DNA of 64,000 nt from Octopus sinensis. Taxonomy: Eukaryota. Of this stretch, positions 1 through 10,903 are shown piece by piece. The notes beneath the pieces were generated by a model. The model was not told the origin of the DNA. It saw nothing but the letters and a program-made list of their open reading frames with translations, and made no database searches. Within the stretch, counting starts at the first letter, position 1, and every line of letters starts with the position of its first letter. A program made the position numbers and the translations under genes. The stretch is taken from contig NC_043000.1 of NCBI RefSeq assembly GCF_006345805.1, forward strand, positions 92,070,001-92,134,000, in the 5' to 3' direction.

Positions 1-1080
1 ATGTATCCATTATTACAACTGCACTTCCTTTGTCTGCTTCCTTAATGGTTATATCTTCATCATTTTGAAGTTCTATCAGTTCCTTCCATTGTGCAGTGCT
101 CAAATTTGAGTTAACTGTCTGTTTATGTATAGTATGGTAGGGAAAGTTCTCAATGTGGCTGCAGAACTCGTCAAGAGCTTTATTTCTTCCTCTGTGGGGG
201 ATGTGTTCACTTTTTTTTTGACTAGTGAGTCATCTTCAGTATTGAAACTGGTTGATGCTTCTGCTAGTCTTAATTTTCTGCAGAATTCTGTTATATTGTC
301 CTTGATTTCATTTTGGTTGGCTCTGCGTGGAGTTGGCGTAAATTTGAGCCCTTTTGAGAGGATGTCAATTTTTATGTTAGAGAGAGGTTTTGTTGAAAGG
401 TTGATTATCTTCGGTTTTTCCTTATTACTAGGTTCCAGCCTGTGTCCTGGTGTCTCTGGTCCCGAGCTAAAAAATGTTGGGTGTAATTTTGTTTATATGA
501 GTTGTCTGTGAGATTGTGTGATATTGGTTTGGGGGAACGGTGGTATTGTTGCCCCAGATCGTTGTGTGTGTATGTGAGTATCTATGGTAGTTTTCGTTTG
601 TGATGTGTGTAAAGTTTCTGTATGTGATATATTTTTGTTTCGAATTGCTTGTATGTGGATGTTGCTTGACTTAGTGTTTTTGTGTTTGTCTTGTGTTCGG
701 TGGGGACCAGTAATTTTGGTTCATGAGGTAGTAGCGACTTGCGTGTGGTGTTTTTCTTATTCTAGTGTTATTTTGTGCTGTTATGTGGTGGTTAGGTCTG
801 GTATTAGGATGTTGTTGGCGTGTTCTGTTCTTGGTGTAATCTATTTCATAAATGCGTTGTCTGTCAGCTTGTTCCCTGTTAAGTCTTGCGTGGTTCAAAA
901 ATGTTGGTTGTGGGTGATTTCTGTTTCTAGTGTATGGAGGATAATTGGGGGTGGTTTGTGGGTTGTTCGGTTTTTGTTTGTTATTTCTTGTTATTTTCTT
1001 TAGAAAAGGATTATCTGTACTCAATTTATTTTTGAAAATTGATGCATATCTTTGGAAGAAATCGTTGCATTTTTCCCAGC
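1..1080 (-). mobile_element. Penelope-like retroelement, 5' part of ORF running off the left edge into the RT domain
   Basis: Reverse complement of 1-70 reads LQNDEDITIKEADKGSAVVIMDT (PLE IKxADKGxxxVxMD motif); upstream NEIKDNITEFCRKLRL; frameshifted; left boundary is the window edge. Confidence 0.85.
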
Positions 1081-1084
1081 GTAG

Positions 1085-1315
1085 GAGAGTTTCTTTCTTC
1101 TTTTCACAGATTTCCTTCCAATGATTTACACGATGTAGGTAAAAACATTTGAGAAATTTGAAAAGTTAACACGAAACCGGTCATTTCTTCAAAAACTATG
1201 TTACTGTATGAAAACTTTTATAACATTCTTCTAACATAACGACTTAAATATATTATTTAACCTTATAAAACAAGCCTTCTGTAGTTTTTTCACTCTTTTC
1301 TATTTTCAATATATA
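1085..1315 (+). repeat. PLE terminal repeat (pseudo-LTR), inverted relative to the PLE ORF on its left
   Basis: Same sequence recurs at about 19700-19880 (+), 20371-20623 (-) and 21120-21372 (+), the last two flanking a GIY-YIG ORF. Confidence 0.75.
1152..1188 (+). ncRNA. Minimal type I hammerhead ribozyme motif, U3-A8 variant
   Basis: AGAAAT-TTGAAAA-GT TAAC AC-GAAA-C CG G TC-ATTTCT: 6-bp stem I, core, 2-bp stem II, palindromic ACCGGT stem III, GUC site. Confidence 0.7.
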
Positions 1316-1317
1316 TA

Positions 1318-1687
1318 TATATTCGGCATGATAGATCGCTAGCCACTACACACTCTTTATTTTCTCTCCTTGTTTCTTTCTGTGTTCCTTTCTGTGGAAG
1401 AGCGTAGGCTCGAAACGTTAAAGACTTTTTCACTCCCTGGGCATTAAACTAATACGTCTGTTTGTAGTCTATACCACCTGTCTTCGTCTTTTGTTTTTTT
1501 TTGTGAATTGTCCCCCCTCTCTCTCTCTCTCTATATATATATATAAATATATATATATATTAGTTTAATGCTCGGTAAGTGAAAAAGTCTTTAACGTTTC
1601 GAGCCCACGCTCTTCCACAGAAAGGAACACAGAAAGAAACAAGGAGAGAAAATAAAGAATATGTAGTGGTTAGCGATCTATAATGCC

Positions 1688-1692
<5 letters not shown>
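1318..1692. repeat. Tail-to-tail inverted pair of a short HHR-like repeat (arms about 1318-1454 and 1557-1692)
   Basis: Arms are near reverse complements, each bounded by (TA)n; other copies at about 19945-20145 (-) and 40805-40894 (+). Confidence 0.8.
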
Positions 1693-1771
<79 letters not shown>

Positions 1772-1799
1772 ATATATACACACACACATGGTTTGATAT

Positions 1800-2800
1800 T
1801 GTTTTGCTGCTTCTTATATCTGCATAACTAATGGTAAATATGTTTTAAACTATTAAAACTGTTCTTACACATTGTAGTAAAATCTAGTGGGTTGTGCATC
1901 TCAGGGTTTTGAGACATTAGCATGGTAAATTATAGATTCAACTTTGTATAAATTACCCAATAAGTATAAGTCATTATTTTGGCAGTTGCAGTCATGTCAT
2001 TTGCTTGCTAGGTACATAGAGTATTCCATAATTTATTAGGTGACTTAGGCACCAAATTTTCTTCGATGAAATTCCTCATATTTGTCATGCATCTATAAGA
2101 TTATGGTATCGCTGGTTAAATAGTTTTTGAATATCTGTGTCAAGTTGATATTTAGCATATATGATGCTATATTTTGAAACTGTGTGAATTGAGATTCCCG
2201 TTGATAGATGGGTTGTTAATAATTAAGCTACCAATAAAAAAAGAGTTGATTGGTTAGAATAATGGATCTAGATTTAGTTGTGTTAATGAGAGATAAGATG
2301 AAAGTACATTTATTATAGTGTATTATTGTTAGAGAAAGCCGTTATGCAATAAAACGTTGTAGTATCATAGGTGTTAAATATAATTATTTTTTATAGGAAC
2401 ATAGTATTTTGTAAATAGTTATAGTTTAACGAGGTCGGAAAGATATTTGAAAGTAAATTTTATAGGTTGTTGAAAATCGATAGAGCTAGCGTTTTTTAAA
2501 AACGATTATATGTAGAAACTTAAATGGCAGAATTATAAAGGATAACAGGGAAGAATTTTTTAGATATTAAAGGAGAAAGAGAAGAGGAAAAAAGAAATAA
2601 AACTAAGAATTAAAAATGTTTATAGATTTTATGAGAGTGGGCGGTGTAAACTGAAAAGTATATGGGAAATATTGTAACACGTTGAATTAAAGAGTACTTA
2701 TATAGCAGATAGTTTGCAAAATAGCGATCCATTCTGGGAGAAAAAATATAAGGAAAAGATGATTTGATAAATATATACAGTGATATACAATGCCGCATGG
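1800..2800 (-). mobile_element. Degraded Penelope-like fragment (linker and GIY-YIG region)
   Basis: Minus-strand pieces KLFNQ..SYRCMTNMRNFI and CNCQK..LLGNLYKVESIIYHANVS..FYY resemble the PLE KIFN..SYSCMPN and CNC..IIYxAxV motifs; many stops. Confidence 0.55.
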
Positions 2801-3876
2801 AATTATAAAATATATATTTGTACGAATTAAATGTTATGGTTTAACTTAATTATACAAACTTATAAAGCTTAACACGTACAGATCATATATGATAAATTTA
2901 ATTTACAGTAGGTGAGATGGGAAGAATTCTGTGTTTTTCTCATATATTATATATTTAACGGTGGAGTTTTTTTTAGTCTTCAGTGAAAATGTAAGGTTAT
3001 AGGTTAAGTTTATTTTTTGTTTGATGTATTCCCGTAATGAAAAAAATTTACGTTACTAAAAGTTCACAACTAAAAATTTGTCTGCAAACTTTTGCATATT
3101 TCACAATTTAGTACTTGATATAAATATTGGTTTGCTTATCTTTCAAAACACAACTGTATTTCAAAAAAGTAGTGTGTAGACAACCAGTTGGATTTCTGAG
3201 TATGTGTGTATGTTGCTAATACCAAGATTTTAAAAGACGTTCTGTTAATGTTATGTTCGCATACATACATACATACATACATGTAAGTATGAATATATCC
3301 TTTATGTTCGTTTACAGGAAATCTTTTGGATATGCATATAAAAGTTACCATTTTATTATACTGGCTACAGCCTAATGATGCCATCTAGCAATATCATTTT
3401 TTTGGCGGTCACACCGAGATGTGCCGATATAATGTAGGATACATTTGGTAATAATAATCCTTGGATAGAATTTATAAATATTTTAAAGCATCGATGTATT
3501 TGTGTATATCGATTAGTTGCTCATGAATCAGGAAAAAAAAAACAAGCACTCACTAAAAAATAACTTGAGTAGTTATACTTTAAAGTATTTGAGTAGTGTA
3601 TCCTCGGTTCTGGAAAATAACCAGTCAGAAAGTCATATTGGCTTCGCGTCCACTATAGTACTGGGTAATACAGATGACTCAGCAGACGTCGAAGTAATCT
3701 GTATTATCCAGTGCAGTAGTCGCCGCGAAACCTACTTTCTAATTGGTTATTCCATACATAAAGATATATTACTCGAATACATTACTATACTTGTGCATCT
3801 ATCTATCTGTCTATCTATCTCCCTCCCTCCCTCTCTCTCTCTCTCTCCCTCTCTCTCTCTATATATATATATATGT

Positions 3877-4102
3877 GGAGGCGCAATGGCCCAGTGGTTA
3901 GGGCAGCGGACTTGCGGTCGGAGGATCGCGGTTTCGATTCCCAGACCGGGCGTTGTGTGTGTTTATTGAGCGAAAACACCTAAAAAAGCTCCACGAGGCT
4001 CCGGCAGGGGATGGTGGTGATCCCTGCTGTACTCTTTCACCACTCTAAAGGCGGTGCTCCAGCATGGCCGCAGTCAAATGACTGAAACAAGTACAAAAAA
4101 AA
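3877..4102 (+). mobile_element. tRNA-derived SINE (family C head, family A-type tail)
   Basis: A box TGGCCCAGTGG, B box GGTTTCGATTCC; ends in the ggcggtgctccagcatggccgcagtcaaatgactgaaac tail shared with other SINEs here. Confidence 0.85.
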
Positions 4103-4189
4103 ATATATATAGAGAGAGAGAGATAAACCGATAGCGTAAGGAAAAGACTAATAACATTTTTAAAGTTATATATCAGATATTATATTTGA

Positions 4190-4585
4190 AAATGTCACTG
4201 TGTTAACATTTTGGACGTAACATTAAATTTAGATAATGGCCTATTTTATCCTTACCATAAACCCAATAACATCTTTAAGTATATCCACGCCTTATCAAAT
4301 CATGCCCAAAGTGTTACTAATGGGTTAGTCAAAGGAGTGTCGATAAGAATTTCTAACTTATCTGCATCGAAAATATTTTTTTATAACTTTGCACCCTTTT
4401 ATAATACAGCATTGAAGGACAGTGGCTTCGATAGGAAGACATATTGTATTAAGAATACAATATTTAAAAATTAAATAGATAAACTTTTCAAATCTTGCGA
4501 AATTAAACATTGATAACCCTCCTATGAACTCCCACCATACCCGAGCATCAGAACCGACACCATAATAGAAAACACTATAATTCAC

Positions 4586-4624
<39 letters not shown>

Positions 4625-5846
4625 TAATAATAATAATGATGATAATAATATATAGCAATAATAATAATAATAATGATAATAATATATAGCAATAATAATA
4701 ATAATGATAATAATAATAATAATAATAATAACTATACTGGGCAGAGAAGAAACAACTCGATGGGGAAACGGGAAATTATCTGGTTTATCCCTCTAAGTAA
4801 CCTCCCTAAATTAATTTCAAGGATTATAGACAGGAATTTCTCATTAGGTTTTAAATATCATTCCATCTTTAATAGATCCTGCCTTAAATCATGGTATTCA
4901 ACTACGCCCAATCTAGGATCTATAATTGCGGCCAATAATAGATTAAAACTTTAAAATAATGGGATCGATAGAGGTGAGAAATATAGCTGGTTTCAATATG
5001 AATGATAATAAGAATTCTGATATTAAAAATATAAAGGCGAAGCTTGGAACTAAAACATGTAATTGCTGTAACGGAATTTATGTCCCTAAAAGGGATTTTG
5101 TTTAAGGAGATGTCATATAAAAAGTTGAGGTTTCAACCCTTCATGAATCAGAGAAGAAATACATAAGAAGTACGACTGAAGTAAGACCACAAATTTCTTT
5201 ATTAACCAAAATAAGACCACCAAACTCCTTTATTAACCAAGATACTAAAATTCCTTTATTATTCTTCTATTAACCAAGATACTAAAAACTCAACTGCACT
5301 AGCTACCCACATTAATAGATTAAAAATGTGTAATAAAGAATTTAGTCCGGATTGGTCTATTATAACGGAAACCACACTATACAATGCACACACCAGAACT
5401 TGTAAATTATGCACAAAAGAAGCGATCAATATACTTCATGCTGACAAAAAATTTTACTTAATAAAATCTCGGATGTCATTATTCTTTGTGAACATAAATA
5501 TTTATCAACTTTTAAATTTTTTCCGAAACTAATTAGTTTTTTGATTTTAACCTATTTACCCTTTATGTATTTGGATTCATCTTAAAACAGTATTATCTAT
5601 AGCTTCATAATCTATTTAAACATGTAAATTTAGCTCTTATTATATTCCCCGCCGGAACAGTATGTTCCGATACAGCATTCGAATTTTTAAAATTCTTAAA
5701 TTTCTCCTGTTGTTTAAAACATTAAGATTCAAATAACCCTTTTTTAAATCCTTTTATATTAACTCTGATGAGAGAACTATAGCTGGCTGTTATGGTTGGA
5801 ATTAAATCGCACATACCGACCTATATTTTCTCGAAACGGCCGTCAG
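4190..5846 (+). mobile_element. 5'-truncated, decayed Penelope-like element (RT thumb, GIY-YIG, 3' region with HHR)
   Basis: FLDVTLNLDNGLFYPYHKPN..YIHALSNH..ALKDSGF; KREIIWF..SIFNRSCLKSWYS; CNC..IYKVEV..KKYI; WSII..CKLCTKE; (AAT)n insertion at about 4588-4735. Confidence 0.9.
5763..5846 (+). ncRNA. Hammerhead ribozyme motif, canonical core with a long stem II
   Basis: CTGATGA 5765-5771; GAGAA/TTCTC stem II with inner helices; GAAA 5833-5836; palindromic ACGGCCGT stem III; GTC; stem I only 2 bp. Confidence 0.65.
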
Positions 5847-6233
5847 ACTGTACATGCTGAAGATTCTTATTAAAATCATTTTATACCAACATTTTCATCT
5901 TTGTGGTTTACTGCTATACATTTACCATGTGCATATTTTAATATTTTCATTGATTTTATTACAGACATACAAACTCGGAAGTACATTAATGTATTTATAT
6001 ATTTTTATATTATATCATGTATGTATGGATGCGCCTATGTATGCTGTGGAGTATTCCGATGCTTTGAAATACATTGAGTGAGTATGAAAACTGACCTTTG
6101 AAATTTGTTATTTCTTTCTTGGTTTAATATATATATTACTGGTGGTGCTCCAGCATGGAAACAGCCTTAGGGCTGAAACGTATGAAAGAATAAAAGTATA
6201 TATATATATCATACATAATACATACATATATCA

Positions 6234-6277
<44 letters not shown>

Positions 6278-6797
6278 CTTATATACATACATCCATATAT
6301 ACATATATATATATAATGCACAATATTGGATTTAGCAATATTTGAATCAGGTCACAAATCACATAATAAACCAAAACAAAATAAAGGGATGTAATGCATA
6401 GACTGATGCAGCTGAAATCCAATAAATTCAATTGATAATTATTATTTCATTAGGAGTGTATTAAATATAAAGAGAGCAGGTACAACATGTGAAATTGACA
6501 TCCATATAACTACGATCATTTCGCAGCTTTATCTCTGCGTTTGTATATATGTATTGTGTTGAAAGAAAAATAAAGAAAATATGATATTCTTTCACCTGAT
6601 GAACAAGCATCTTTACCTGTATTCATTCATAAATTTTACAGCTGTATTATATAACTTATACTATATTATATAACTTATACTGTATTATATAACTTATACT
6701 GTGTGTGTGTATTACACACCCACACACACATATAGAAATAATTTATTCTCAAACATAGGATAATGCTAATGCGATAGAATGAACAGGATTTGTCGGC

Positions 6798-6869
6798 GGC
6801 CAGCCATGAGACTCCAACTCACATCCCTGTGATTACGCGTCAAATGCTTTACCTTTAAGCTAAACTTCC
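6798..6869 (-). pseudogene. tRNA-like pseudogene (possibly Thr, CGT)
   Basis: Minus strand GGAAGTTTAGCTTAAAGGTAAAGC..GACGCGTAATC..GTGAGTTGGAGTCTCAT: A box, anticodon-like loop, degenerate T arm, mismatched acceptor stem. Confidence 0.45.
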
Positions 6870-7031
6870 CAGTGAAGAATTGTTCTGCAATTTTAGGATT
6901 CATAAATCTTTATAAGACGCTAACCTTCAATTCGACTTACGATGAAAGTAGACAAAGTTTGCTTTAGAAGCGTTGAGATGTATTGAAAGATACAGAAATA
7001 ATTTATTCTCAAACGCATGATGATGGTCCCT

Positions 7032-7105
<74 letters not shown>

Positions 7106-7505
7106 TATATAAAGTAAAATTGTTTTAAAAAAGAGAGAGCAAAAACCATACTAATAGAGAAAAGCAGGGAAAAAGATTATAAAACTTTCAAATGGTACTG
7201 CATGAGAATGCACTCATGCAGCCATTTCGTTTTTCATTTTTTCATTTTTATATAAAATTTTTCTCAGTTTTCATTCGTTTTGTGTTTTTGTCCCCACTGT
7301 GGCGTTCTGTCTGTCCTTGTGCTGTCCACTCTGTGTTTGGCCCTTGTGTCTGGAAATAAAAATCTATATATATATTTTATTTATATTATTATATGATCGA
7401 ACGTCACGCATCTATTTCCAAATGATATTATCTATATATGTATACACACACACACACACTTATATATATATATATATATATATGTTTGTATAGATATATA
7501 TACAT

Positions 7506-7552
<47 letters not shown>

Positions 7553-7645
7553 TATATATATACACATATATACATACATGTACATACATACACACACATA
7601 TATAATACATCTTTACTATATCTATGACAGGAAATAGCGCAGGAA

Positions 7646-7678
<33 letters not shown>

Positions 7679-9000
7679 TATTATAATGGTTGTTTTTGTT
7701 CTTTTTTCAAGTTATATATGCAAACAATTTGGCATTAAACCGAAGGATTATTCAATACTTTTGCATAGTTATTGACTTTAACAAAAACAAGGTTGTAAAT
7801 TATTTCGATTTGTTTCGGTTTGCTCGCCTTCATCAGACTGTGCTTTATTTTGGTTCGTTTAGCTTTATATAGTTGATAGAAAGTGGATTTCTTGGATAGG
7901 GGAAGCTGCGTGAATGATATTTAGGTGTGGTGTGTGTAGTAGTAGGGTGATTAGTTTTTTTGGAAGGCGTGGAGAGGAGTACGGGGGAAGTATTTATTGT
8001 ATGGTGTGAAGATTTATTTTTGCTAGATGTAGGGATTTTGTTATTTTTTAGGGTTTGATAAAGTATGAAAGTAAGCAGATATGACATATTCAAATTGCGA
8101 CATGGTATAAACAGTTGGTTTTATAATTAGCATTTTCAATTCTTTTCTACATTTCCTCAAATACTTCAAAGCAAAGATATGCACATAAAATGACGCCAAA
8201 AGAATCTGGGTTGTTTTAGGAACAATTTATAACTTTAGCTTAAATTTATCAAAAACATAAAATGTAGCAACAAAAATACTAAAGTAAGTTATAAAAAATG
8301 AAAGCATCGAGACATTGAAATTACAGCTTATGAGCAACTGATTTTTAAAGAAATCTATTTTTTGTGCGAAATTATAATTGTTCAACCCGCTGCAGTTTTA
8401 TACCGTCTAGCATCGAAGTTCATTTTGTGTGGTCCACTCTATTGCAAGTTTCTGGGATATATTAACAGTTTGAAGATGCCATCCACCCTCCTTCTTACCA
8501 GTCTCAGAAGTCGTGCAACAAATCACTGACCTTATCTGTTTTTTTTGGCTTCGGATAAAAGATAGAATATATGCTTGTTCATATCCGTATTACGATTTTT
8601 TGTTTTGGCTAGTTTCTTTCTAATTCTATTGTTGTTCGGCTGTGACGAAATGAAGTGGTTGTTTATATATGCTAGTTATTCTCATTATTATCTTTCCTAT
8701 ATCCCCGGTTTTAATTTACAAACACATTGGTTTCTATAGGTTACGTATCAAAACCAACTCAAAGCACTCCAGGAACAACTCGCAACAACTATTTAACACC
8801 TACTCTACTCTCTGCCTTTTTACGCATGCAATTTTGAATGGAACCGAAACAAATATCATTACGAGTTGAAATCAGAATAACAGCCAGAAATAATCTGCTG
8901 ACACTGTCTTGGATTTAGGTAACGAATTGACGTAGTCATGAGTTGAGTGACTTCGAATTGTCCCGCCTTATATACAGATTTCAATACTTATACACTAAGA

Positions 9001-9449
9001 CGGCGGCGAGCTGGCAGAAACGATAACAATCTGGGCGAAGTCATTAGCGGTATTTCGTCTGCCGCTACGTTCTGAGTTCAAAGTCCGCCGAGGTCGACTT
9101 TGCCTTTCATCCTTTCGGGGTCGATTAAATAAGTATAATCGACTTTATCCGTTTGTGTGTCCTTGTTTGTCCCCTCTGTGTTTTACCCTTGTGGGTAGTA
9201 AAGAAATAGGTATTTCGTCAGCCAACGGCGGTGAGCTGGCAGAAACGTTAGCACGCCAGGTGAAATGTTTAGCGGTATTTCGTCTGTTTTTACGTACTGA
9301 GTTCAAATTCCACCGAGGTCGACTTTGCATTTCATCCTTTCGGGGTTAACAAATTAAGTACAAGTTACATACTGAGGTTGATCTAATCGACTGGCTCCCT
9401 CCCCCAAAATTTCGAGCCTTGTGCCTAGAGTAGAAAAGAAAAGAATATC
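9001..9449 (+). mobile_element. Dimer of tRNA-derived SINE family B
   Basis: Two ggcgg(c/t)gagctggcagaaacg heads, each with a gaggtcgactttgc(c/a)tttcatcctttcgggg core; 12-bp direct repeat TATACACTAAGA at 8989-9000 and 9450-9461. Confidence 0.85.
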
Positions 9450-9790
9450 TATACACTAAGAGCACGGAAGCAACTTGAATGCAAGAAATGATATTCATTG
9501 TAATTGCCTGCTTAAAAAGAAACATTTCCTCGGTACTTTTCAATAGACCGTTGAAAATTTTTAACGGAAAATTTTTGACAATCGTTTTTTTTTTTTATCC
9601 TTTCCCTCTTGATTTTTATTTCCCGTATTTTTATTTTATTCTGTTTTCTTTGTCGCACTGCAGGTTGTTTATGATGTATACTTTGTGTGCGAATTCTGAG
9701 CGAGTTTTGAATGTTAACGATTTTCCTCGCTATATTTTCCATTATTCCTTTCTTACTATATCATGCCTAAACTTTCCTTCATTCTCTCGT

Positions 9791-9842
<52 letters not shown>

Positions 9843-9930
9843 ACTTTCTTTAGTGATTTATTATAGCATTTGCGTGTGAATTGTTTCGCGAATGGTCTAA
9901 AATACTAGCTCATAATATGATTCAAATAGA

Positions 9931-10140
9931 CTCTCTTTTACTCTTTTACTTGATTCAGACATTTGATTGTGGCCATGCTAGTGCACCGCCTTTACTCGAG
10001 CAAATCGACCCCAGGACTTATTCTTTGTAAGCCTAGTACTTATTCTATCGGTCTCTTTTGTTACGGGGACGTAAGCACGTAAGCACACTAGCATCAGTTG
10101 TCAAGCGATGTTGGGAGGACAAACACAAAGACACAAACCT
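9931..10140 (-). mobile_element. SINE family A, 3' half (interrupted copy)
   Basis: Reverse complement of the family A tail; matching 5' half lies at 16440-16604. Confidence 0.85.
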
Positions 10141-10329
10141 ATACACACACATACATATATATATATACATACTAGCATTAAAGACCCGTCGTTGCCGGGT
10201 CATAGTGCTAGTGCATGTATATATGTGTATATATGTGTACATATTACATGTACATCTATATATATACATCTACACATAAAATACAAAATACAAAGTTATA
10301 TCTTGATATCGCTAATGATAACAATACTC

Positions 10330-10656
10330 AAAATATATAACAGACTAGAATTGTTAGCCCGTCTCTTGTAATTTCGATCAATTGTATCTTGTCCACCCTC
10401 TTGTATAGAAGTGTGGTTACAATCCACCCTACCGCTACTTCTAGAGGGGGGGGGGCATTTAAAATTTTTCCGGGACGTCCTACGTCCCAGATATAAAGGT
10501 AAAAATAAAATATCTCCACTTTGCAAGTTCAAGTCGAGTACTCCCTTGCACGCTCCGTTGACTCGAACCTTGCTTCTATTGTGGCGAATTTACCGCCTCT
10601 GATTAGATACCTTTCATAGTCGCACCAAGACACTTTTCGAAGGTGCTTTCCTCCAT
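10330..10656 (-). pseudogene. ORF1 fragment of a divergent Tx1-like LINE family
   Basis: YLIRGGKFATIEARFESTERAREYST..NLQSGDILFLPLYLGRRTSR aligns by eye to YINRGKRYGTVEVRFTTEEIAKKLS..IVLLPLYKGKRTSK in the adjacent LINE ORF1. Confidence 0.65.
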
Positions 10657-10903
10657 GTTGTTTTATTATTACCCACAAGGGGCGAACAAAGATGGGACAA
10701 TACAATCTGATGATGGGGTCAGACACACGAATGGGTTTTTACAATAAATCGAATTTAAAAATTTTTCATGAATTACAATAAATGGACAGAAATCGAATGA
10801 TGGGACAGACCGGAAGACGTTACGGGTGGAGTGGGTGCGGGTTAGCTCGGACACCACGAGCCCCGCCTCCCCACTGATACTTTTGGTTGCGCTTGGTATT
10901 ACT

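Noticed and set aside
7190-7227. 15-bp hairpin AAATGG-TA-CTGCATGAG/CTCATGCAG-CCATTT
   Set aside because: No GAAA strand; single copy; no function assignable
7805-7840. Minus-strand CTGATGA-A-GG..CC-GAAAC after an ORF ending KLNEPK
   Set aside because: Stems I and III cannot form; probably a decayed PLE end
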